Positions 1 through 9,800 of a stretch of 64,000 bases of DNA are shown here, one piece after another (position 1 is the first letter of the stretch; every line of letters begins with the position of its first letter). Source of the DNA: Macrostomum lignano (lineage: Eukaryota); assembly GCA_002269645.1 (NCBI GenBank), contig NIVC01002734.1, positions 1 through 64,000 of the forward strand, given 5' to 3'. The notes beneath the pieces were generated by a model, which did not search any database, was not told the DNA's origin, and saw only the letters and a list, made by a program, of their open reading frames with translations. A program made the position numbers and the translations under genes.

Positions 1-525
1 GCGTCTCTGGGCCATTGCCTCAGGAAGTCGCATCCCCTGCTTGGTCTGGGTGCCAGCGTCACTCAGAAGTCGGTCAGGGTATCGCACCATTCGCCCTTGC
101 CTCGCCTCCGCGGTCCCTGTAGCTTGAGCAGCACACGTCGTGTAGCGGCTCAGGACAGTGGCCTCCGACTGGATGACGTGGCCAGCCAGTCGAAGTCGCC
201 GCCCATGCAGCAGGTCAGAAGGCCGCGTCAGGCGCGCCCTAGTATAGAGTGCGGCATTGGTCTCGCTGCCTGGGCGCGGCTGCGGCACTCCGAAAGCCGC
301 ACGCAGCATTGCGCATGCATGCTAGCGTCCAGCTGCCTCTCGCAAGGCATCCGTCAGGGTCCAAGTCTTGGCGTTATACAACAGGACAGTCTTGACGACT
401 GCCTGAAAACAGCCAAGCTTGAGCCCGTCATCCAGGCCTCAGATTGGAGCACGGAGTGCACAGATCAAAATGCAGCCCAGGCTAGTCCTCGTCGTCTCTT
501 CAGGTCGTCGAGGACTGGCCTCGAT
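1..525 (-). mobile_element. Degraded 3' part of a non-LTR retrotransposon (RTE-like LINE, RT C-terminal region)
   Basis: Minus-strand translation across stops and frameshifts gives DLKRRRGLAWAAF...(V)KTVLLYNAKTWTLT...RRLRLAGHVIQSE..., the typical region downstream of the RT core in RTE-like LINEs. Runs off the window edge. Confidence 0.75.
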
Positions 526-2035
526 AATAAAATAATAAAAGTTTCTAATTCAATTTTATTATAATTGTCTCAAGAGTCATTGCTCTGTCTTAAAATATTC
601 AATTGCTAGCAAAGTTATATTAGTTTATAATGTATTTACTTGTTTTAAAAACTGAATTCTTTGGATTAACTTTTGAGCATAAGCCATAAGTCCAAGTATT
701 AGTCTAATATTTTTACTAATAAATATAGATCTAAGTATAAATCAATAAATAATTAATATATATCTAAGAAGGAATATCCTATTTTTATTAGTAGCATTTT
801 TATTGTCTATTAATAGCATTCTTAACTAGTATTGAGTGATTTATTATATAACCTTAAGTTTATTATATGTAACAGGTATTTCTTGGATAAATCTTTTTAA
901 TATTAGATTTTTAGTCTAGGTTTTTTGCTAGCTCTATATTACATCTAAGGTCCAATAGCAATATACACTTCAGAAAGTCTAAATGTTGTATAATAGCATC
1001 CCTATTGTAAAAAACATTAAAACATAGCTTGTTTTTTTCCATTGGGATACAAGATCATATCTAAGGTATAATTAATTATAGGTTACAATTTTAAAGTTTG
1101 ATGCTATGGCATCTCTATTACACAAAAAAATAGACCTAGCTTCAGTAGTTATCTAGATATTCAACTATCTATTCTTCAAGAGTTACTAAGATTAGAAGAT
1201 CATTGCCTTCTTCATACTATATATCTTCATACTATAAATATATTCTCTAAGATCTACTTTGTTTTACTTAAATCTCCTTAATATTCTACTTATAAGTTGT
1301 ATTTATAGTATGTTTCTTTATACTTCACTCTTGAAAAAAGTTAGCTTTAGTCTTAAATACAATTCTTAACATTTATTATAAATACTAGCCTAGACTATCT
1401 CTTTTGAATTACCAAATTGGTCACTCGCCAAGTTGCTAAAACTATTGTGAATATTTTATGTAAGTCATATATATTAAAAAATATATTTAATATAGATTTC
1501 GTACAAATTTAATTTTAACAAAATACATGCATATTTGTGCATATATTCAGCTCATTTATTAAAAGTTAAATAACTTTTTTTGTTAAATTATTTTTATCAA
1601 ATGTATAAGATTTAAATTTGTACAAAATATTTGTTTTATAATTGATAAATCTAATTTTCTCAGTGTTTTTATTATTGTATTTTATTAGCAATCTTTTAAG
1701 ATTTCAAAGTTTCTTTATATTACTTATAATATAAAAGCCATCTATATACTATGTTTATTCTCAAGTCATGCTAATATTGTGTATAGTCCTAATATATTTA
1801 TATTATACTTAGTGGCTTGTGAGAGAACAAAGCATATAATTGATTTATATTAAAATTATTATCTAGTAATTTTTATACTATTGGCTTTTTGGTTTAGATA
1901 ATAAATATACTAATAAAAATCTTTCAATTTCATGACAGTTTTTATCAAATTCTATGCAATTGAACTCAAGTAGCCATTGAACTATTGGTTGTATTCACTA
2001 AGGTAATGTGATTAATTTTGAAGCATCTTCTCATC

Positions 2036-4551
2036 ATGGCTAAGAAAGCATCACTACCACTGCCAGACCAGCAGCAGCAGCAGAGTCTGTCTGATGCCAT
2101 CAAAGATGGCTGGAACAGTCTGCGCTATCGACTGTCATTTCGCAGTTCGCACTCTGGAAGCAGCAATGCCAGCTATGTAGCAGGCAGCAGTTCTGCTACT
2201 ACTTCTAGTAGCAATAGCAACAGCAATACAGATCGACGTTATATTCTTCGCCTGCGTAAATCTCTTCCAGTTTGGTTGCTAGGCACAGAGTATAACGTTG
2301 TCAATCTGTCAGACTCTGAACGCCTACAACAAGACTTGGCGTCACAATTTATTCATTTAACTTACCGGCGCGGCATACAGCCAGGTCTGGTCTCCAGCGC
2401 CACTGGCCGGGTCTATCGCACAGACGCCGGCTGGGGCTGCATGCTGAGATGCGCCCAGATGCTTCTGGCCACCGCTCTGTGCAGAATCTCTTGCCTGACC
2501 GACTTGCCATTGGATGTTGAACTGTTTGCGGACGATGGTCCATTGTCCATTGCCGCTCTGCTCACTGGCTGCGGACTTCAACCAGGCGACTGGTCTGGCC
2601 CGGCCACCGCTTGCAGGGCCCTGTCCAGTGTTGTTAGGCTGACCAATGATATCATTAGCCAGGGTAGGCTGCGTGTCCATGTGGCTAACGATTCCTGCGT
2701 TTGTAGGGACCGATTGATGTCGGCTTGGATGCCGGAGGATGATGCTTGCCACGACGATTCTACTGAAAAGTCTGCGGTTAGGGAAGATTCGGGAATTAAA
2801 ATTCAACAAGATCAGGTAGGTTTATTAATGGTATTGAGATTATTTTAATGAAAGATAACTCCTGTTTCTAATGTCTGTCGGGTCTTTGTCGAGCGAATCC
2901 TATCTAAAGGGTATTGTCTGTATCCAGGAATGAGAGGTGATTCCTATACAAATCTTGATCTATCTTGGAGCGATTCTTCCATGGAGTCTTTGTCCATCTT
3001 GGAGTGATTACCCCATGGAGTCTTTGTCCATCTTGGAGTGATTACCCCATGAGTCTTTATCCATCTTGAGTGATTACCCCATGGAGTCTTTGTCCATCTT
3101 GGAGTGATTACCCCATGTAGTCTTTATTCATCCTGGAGTGATTCCCCCATGTAGTCTTTATCCACCTGAGCCACATCCGCACGAGTATTTCTCCATCTGA
3201 GCTATTACCATTGATTTCTTTACCATTTCCTATAAATATTTTAGCAGTCGACTTAAAGTTCTCGAAGTTTGTTTGGATTTCTCTGCATCCCCGTCTGTTC
3301 CAGCCGCTGCCACCGCTGCTGCTGCTGCTGCTGCCTCTCCGTCTGGGCGGCGCCTCGCTCGCCCACCCTGACCATCTGGCAGCTCTGCAGTCGCTGCTCC
3401 GCCAGCCCTCCTGCCTTGGTGTACTCGGCGGCCGGCCTCGACGCTCCGTGTACTTTTGTGGTTACCAAGGCGACCGACTGCTCGGCTTGGATCCGCACGA
3501 CAGATGCGTTCGGGACTGGCGAGCCCAGCTGCGGAACAGCCGGCCTCGGTTCGTGTCTTATCGCCGCCTGGACCCCAGCTGCGCTGTCGGCTTCCTGCTG
3601 GACAGCAGGACTGAGCTGGATAGGTAGATGTTGCTTCTCTGATGCTGGGCCAGCCTCCCAGATCCTCAGTTGCTGGGCCAGCCTCCCAGATCCTCAGTTG
3701 CTGGGCCAGCCTCCCAGATCCTCAGTTGCTGGGCCAGCCTCCCAGATCCTCAGTTGCTTTGCCAGCCTCCCAGATCCCAGTTGCTGGGCCAGCCTCCCAG
3801 ATCCCCAGTTGCTTTGCCAGCCTCCCAGATCACCAGTTGCTGGGCCAGCCTCCCAGATCCTCAGTTGCTGGACCAGCCACTCTATCAGATCAGTGTGTTA
3901 GCTATTGCTCTTAGATCCTCATTTTCCCTCTTACATCCTCATTATCTCTCTTACATCCTCCTTATCTCTCTTACATCCTCATTTTCCCTCTTACATCCTC
4001 ATTTTCCCTCTTACATCCTCATTATCCCTCTCAAATCCTTATTATCCCTCTTACATCCTCATTATCCCTCTTTAGGTCCTCATTTTCCCTCTTAGATCCT
4101 CATTCTCCCTATCACAGTGCATCGTAAATCCCACTCCAGACTGCTGACTTGCCTGGACGCGGAATGCCGCGGTCTGGCCTGTGTGGTGCAGACCTCGCGC
4201 GACCTCTGGCCGCCATCCGGCGTCACCATCACCTCCCTGGCCATGTCAGACCAGGGCAGTTGCTACGCGGATGTTGGCCGAGCCAGTCTAGCTGGAAATG
4301 ATAACAACAGAGGTCAGCCAGGGTACGACTGCGACGGAGCGGAGGACGCGGAAGGCGGCATTGTGGTTGGCGCATCGGCTAGCGAGTTCTTTCACCTGTC
4401 GGGCAGGCGCGGCATCAACAGCTCCAGACGGCCGAGGCAGGTGCTGCCTATTGACGATGAAGTGGAGCCTGATGCTGATGCTGATTGCCAGCTGGAAAGC
4501 GATTGCGCGGATTCTGAGCTGTCTGAAGAATTTGATTTCGTTATGATTTAA
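2036..4551 (+). CDS. ATG4: ATG4-family (peptidase C54) autophagy cysteine protease, 3 exons
   Basis: Exons 2036-2815, 3304-3623, 4140-4551; GT-AG introns with compatible phases (0, 2). Motifs: YRTDAGWGCMLR (catalytic Cys), GDWSGP (regulatory loop), LLLLPLRLG, GVLGGRPRRSVYFCGYQGDRLLGLDPH (catalytic Asp/His), LDPSCAVGF, acidic C-terminal LIR-like EEFDFVMI*. Paralog (A/B vs C/D) not resolved. Confidence 0.93.
2963..3165. repeat. ~34-bp tandem repeat in ATG4 intron 1
   Basis: Unit ATCTTGGAGTGATTACCCCATGGAGTCTTTGTCC, about 6 degenerate copies. Confidence 0.85.
3641..3885. repeat. 28-bp tandem repeat in ATG4 intron 2
   Basis: Unit GCTGGGCCAGCCTCCCAGATCCTCAGTT, about 8-9 copies. Confidence 0.9.
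3913..4112. repeat. 20-bp pyrimidine-rich tandem repeat in ATG4 intron 2
   Basis: Unit ATCCTCATTTTCCCTCTTAC, about 10 copies, ending near the acceptor. Confidence 0.9.
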
Positions 4552-4703
4552 AACTGATTTAGAGTAGGAGACACTACTGAATTTGTTTTAATAATTCAGC
4601 AAAAACGTTTTGTTTGTAAAACTATTTTTAGTACAATGTAATAAATTTAATCAGACAAGGTGCCAAGTTCTCAGTTATTTATTAATAGTTGTCTGGTGTA
4701 TTC

Positions 4704-5485
4704 CTCTCCCACTCTACTATCTCCCATGTCTCCCTCTCCCACTCTACTGTCTCCCCTGTCTCCCTCTCCCACTCTACTGTCTTCCCTGTCTCCCTCTCCC
4801 ACTCTACTGTCTCCCCTGTCTCCCTCTCCCACTCTTCTGTCTCCCATGTCTCCCTCTCCCACTCTACTATCTCCCATGTCTCCCTCTCCCACTCTACTGT
4901 CTCCCATGTCTCCCTCTCCCACTCTACTATCTCCCATGTCTCCCTCTCCCACTCTACTGTCTCCCATGTCTCCCTCTCCCCACTCTACTGTCTCCCCTGT
5001 CTCCCTCTCCCACTCTACTGTATCCCCTGTCTCCCTCTCCCACTCTACTGTATCCCCTGTCTCTCTCTCCCACTCTACTGTGTCCCCTGTCTCCCTCTCC
5101 CACTCTACTGTATCCCCTGTCTCCCTCTCCCACTCTACTGTATCCCCTGTCTCTCTCTCCCACTCTACTGTCTCCCCTGTCTCCCTCTCCCACTCTACTG
5201 TGTCCCCTGTCTCCCTCTCCCACTCTACTGTATCCCCTGTCTCCCTCTCCCACTCTACTGTCTCCCATGTCTCCCTCTCCCACTCTACTGTCTCCCCTGT
5301 CTCCCTCTCCCACTCTACTGTCTCCCCTGTCTCCCTCTCCCACTCTACTGTCTCCCCTGTCTCCCTCTCCCACTCTACTGTATCCCCTGTCTCCCTCTCC
5401 CACTCTACTGTATCCCCTGTCTCCCTCTCCCACTCTACTGTATCCCCTGTCTCTCTCTCTCCCACTCTACTGTCTCCTATGTCTC
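4704..5485. repeat. 30-bp CT-rich minisatellite downstream of ATG4
   Basis: Unit CCCACTCTACTGTCTCCCCTGTCTCCCTCT, about 26 copies; accounts for the overlapping low-complexity ORFs in the track. Confidence 0.95.
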
Positions 5486-6430
5486 CCTCTATTTAGCTCT
5501 GCTACCATTTTGTTCTCCCAGACTCTGTCTCACCGACACAGTTAAAGCTTTCAAAGTTTATCCGCACTGTACATGACGACCGCTCGTTAGCGGATTTAAA
5601 TTATAGAATTTTTTTTCTGTATCTGTGTTTTCAGTCATAATTTAGTTTGCTAAATTTAAGACCGATGTGTTCCAGTGATAAACATAGCCGCATGTCTGTA
5701 TATACATGTGTAAATATTGATATATCCTTTTAATGTGCTGTACAGGTCAAACAGTTTTATGTAGGTGAATTTGTTCTAACTATCTTGCGCTATTATTTGT
5801 TTGTACGAATATATATAGGCGATGTTAAGAACTTCATTTAATTTGCCTTGTATATTACGTGTTCTTTTAACATGGTAAAAGGTGTCACTGTTTTATCAAA
5901 GAATATATAAAATATATTGATTTTTGTGGGGCAGGTTTTATTAATCGTTAAAGTGTAAATATGCATTGGTTAATTATTTTTATATACCATTTTAGTATAA
6001 TTCGACTTTATATTCTTATATAGGCAGTTATATATGACATAATCTGATGTACGAGTAATATATGACAAAAAAAGCAAAATCTAGAAAAAAGAAGCTTGAC
6101 TAGTGTAAAATATTTGTGGATTAATAATTCTGGACTAAATAAGTACCATAAAGTTATTTTTTCAAGTTTTTTTCCGCGTTCCGCACGCAGAAGTGTTGAG
6201 CGCATTTGTCTTATCAGGCCTGAAAACAGTTTCGTGGGAAAGTAATAAATATTTATGCCATTTCACAGAGTCCAAGTTTTGGTTCTCTGTCAGACTTTAC
6301 TTTTAGTGCATTTAGCCTTCGTTTATCATTCTGCATGCTGTTATGTATAAATAAGTAATATAACCGTCTTCTTGTGCCCTGCTCTTTCAGCCATAGTGGA
6401 AGATTGGCTGGCTTTAAAGAAGAGTTTGGT

Positions 6431-6694
6431 ATGTCATACTTCCACGTGTCCAGCAGGGGCTCCTCTGTGCTGCCAGTGTCAGAAGCTGGCGCACAGAGTG
6501 ACCTGTCAGCTGGCGTCGATGGTGCCAGCGTGGTTGACCCTGCGGCTAAGTGAGTTGTCGCTTTGTGCTGTGTCTGCGTTTCGGGGTGTCGATAAATGAA
6601 AATATGGCACTTTTTGAATAAAAATAAGACAAATAAGACAGGCATAGAAAGAAGGCAGACACAAAGACAGACAAACAGACAGACACTGAGATAT

Positions 6695-6729
<35 letters not shown>

Positions 6730-6807
6730 GCCACGCCCACAGACAAACACTGAGACAGACCTACAGATTGACAGACAGACAGACAGACTGAGACAGACAA
6801 ACAGATT

Positions 6808-6867
<60 letters not shown>

Positions 6868-9800
6868 GCCACGCCCACAGACAAACACTGAGACAGACCT
6901 ACAGATTGACAGACAGACTGAGACAGACAAACAGATTGACAGACAGACAGACAGACTGAGACAGACAAACAGATTGACAGACTGACAGACAGACAGACAG
7001 ACAGACAGACTGAGACAGACAAACAGATTGACAGACAGACAGACAGACACAGAGAGGCATGCAAATAGACAGCCTGTACCGACACTCACACACACTAGAT
7101 GGTGTACAAGCTGGACCAAGTGCAGGAAATATGAAAAACTACTCCACATGCAATTCCAGATTCCAATTTAACATACATTTTGGGAAGCGAGTCTTTCAAC
7201 TATTTCGTGTTGTATTTCCTAACGTCTGCTCAAAGAATACGGCACTGTTTGCATTTCTACTTCTACTCAGCGTTTTGGGTATGTAGCTATATATTTTTAA
7301 ATAGGCTTTTCTATATCTAGGGAATATTTTTTAGTATTTGGACTAGCTCAAATGCCCCCCGAGGAGAGATGAGGAAACTTCAACTTAAGCATGAATTATT
7401 ATTACTTTTATAAATGATTGGGATTTCTATCGATTGTGAAATTTTGAGTAATCTGTAAGCATTAAGTCTCCAGACTTATGTAGCTTCTGTTGATCAGAGA
7501 GGCTGGGGAAGTGTAAAATGGTGAGGCAAAAGATAGCGAGAAGTTTCGCTTCAAAATGATTTTTCAGAACAAATCACCGCCTATAACGTCGGCATGATAT
7601 CTAGTCAGTATTACAAGGCGCTGGGCGATACAGATGTGCCACTGTTCTGGCGAGTCACGCTCACGGCTTCGGCGCTTATTGTTGGCATTGTGGCTGTGAG
7701 TAGTTTTTAAAAAAAACCTCGCTTACTATTAGTAGCGCATACGAATATCACCGCCGTAAATTATATTTTCAGTGATTTTTTTCTTTTAGATAAAAAGTAC
7801 CAAAAACTTTGTGTCCAACTTACTGTATTTGAATTTGCGACGTCAAATCACCGACAATCTTCATCTGGCCTATCTGCACAAGAAGGCGTTCTACATGCTG
7901 CATATCTATACTGAGATTGACAATCCGTGAGTGGCCTCTGTGCCGCTTTATGTCTGCTTCTGTCCATCTGTCTGTCTGTGCCTGTCTGTCCGTCTGTCTG
8001 TCTGTCTGTCTGTCCATCTGTCTGTCTGTCTGTCTGTCCATCTGTCTGTCTGTCTGCCTGCCTGCCTGCCTGCCTGTCTGTCTGTCTGTCTGTCTGCCTG
8101 TCTGCCTGTCTGTCTGTGTTGGTGTCGGTCTGTCTGCTTGTTTGTCTGTTTGTATGTCTGTCTTCCTGTCTGTCTGTCTGTCTGTCCGTCTGCCCGTCAC
8201 TAACCCAGGTAATTCCTCACTCTCATGCAGCGACCAGCGAATTGCCCAAGACGTGGAGCGAATGTGCCGGGCCTTCAGCGGCATGATTGACACCCTGCTA
8301 GTGTCGCCATTCATAATCGCGTATTACACCTACGAATGCGTGAGGATCACTGGCTGGTTGGGTCCCGGCGTGTCTCTGGCATTCTTTGTGCTGGCCACCG
8401 TGGCCAACCGCTACCTGCTCCAGTTGGTGTCGCGCGCCGTAGTCCGCCAGGAGGCCGGCGAAGGCGACTTTCGGCATCGACATTCGCAGGTGATAATTAT
8501 AGAAATGCTTTGTTGACAGTTTTGAATGCTTGAGTTATGCAATTATTAACAATTTTTGTTCATTCATTTTTTCCCTAGATTAATCTATTAGTACATTCAT
8601 TAAGCCTCATTAGGTTATTATTACCTTCATTAAGCTCCATATTAGGCTATAAGTACATGTACATTCTTTATTCCTTACATAAGGCTATAAGTACATTCAT
8701 TAGGCCTTATATTAGGCTATTAGTACATTCATTAAGCTGAATACTAGGTTAGTACATTCATTTAGCTGCATATTAGGTTATTAGTACATTCATAAGGCCT
8801 CATATTAGGTTACTAGTACATTCATTAGGCCTCATATTAGGTTACTAGTACATTCATTAGGCCTCATATTAGGCTATTAGTACATTCATTAGGCCTCATA
8901 TTAGGCAATTAGTACATTCATTAAGCCTCATATTAGGCTATTAGTAAATTCATTAGGCCTCATATTAGGTTACTAGTACATTCATTAGGCCTCATATTAG
9001 GCTATTAGTACATTCATTAGGCCTCATATTAGGCTATTAGTACATTCATTAGGCCTCATATTAGGCTATTAGTACATTCATTAGTATTTACAGATTAAGC
9101 CAGCTAATCCCATTCATTTTCAGATCCGCATCAGTGCCGAATCCGCGGCATTTCACGATTGCGAACAAGTGGAACTTGAGCAGTGCTCAGCCTCGCTGGA
9201 ATCGCTGCTATCGCTTCAACGCCGAGTGGTGCTTCGCCAATATGCGCTGACTGCATTTGTCAATTTCTGCGATTACGCGGCCAGCATTGGCAGTTATCTG
9301 TCACTGGCTGTGCCCATCTTTGCCGGAGTCTACGACAGCTTATCTAGAACTGACCTGGCCTCGCTAATTAGTCGCACTTTATTTGTAATGATCTACCTGT
9401 TCCACCAGTTCACTAAACTGATTGATTTGGCTATTGAGGCTGGCGACATTATTGGCACGTCGCATCGCGTGTTGGAGCTGAGCGAAGCTTTGCAAAATTG
9501 TCATCGCAGCTGCTATTCAGATTGGTGCTTCGATTCCGCCGCTGCCAATGCTGCCGCTAGTTGCGACACTCTTGTTGTCGATAGGGTCGGAGATGCCGAC
9601 ATGTCGTTGATGCGACCGGTGTTGGAGTTTCGCGGGTTGTGTGTTAAACCGCCTGGACCGGGGGATAGACTGCTGATTAAAGGTGAGATGAGAGTCAGGT
9701 AGGGAACTGAGAATAGATTGAGGTGAGATGAGAGTCAGGTAGGGAACTGAGAATAGATTGAGGTGAGATGAGAGTCAGGTAGGGAACTGAGAATAGATTG

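Noticed and set aside
97-564. 155-aa plus-strand ORF
   Set aside because: Antisense shadow of the minus-strand LINE fragment; no recognisable motif.
4610-5576. Long overlapping ORFs of 160-311 aa in several frames
   Set aside because: Products of a stop-free 30-bp repeat. The same applies to the repeat-derived ORFs at 3642-4095, 6253-7149, 32871-33248, 44916-46050, 48686-50020 and 57521-57824.
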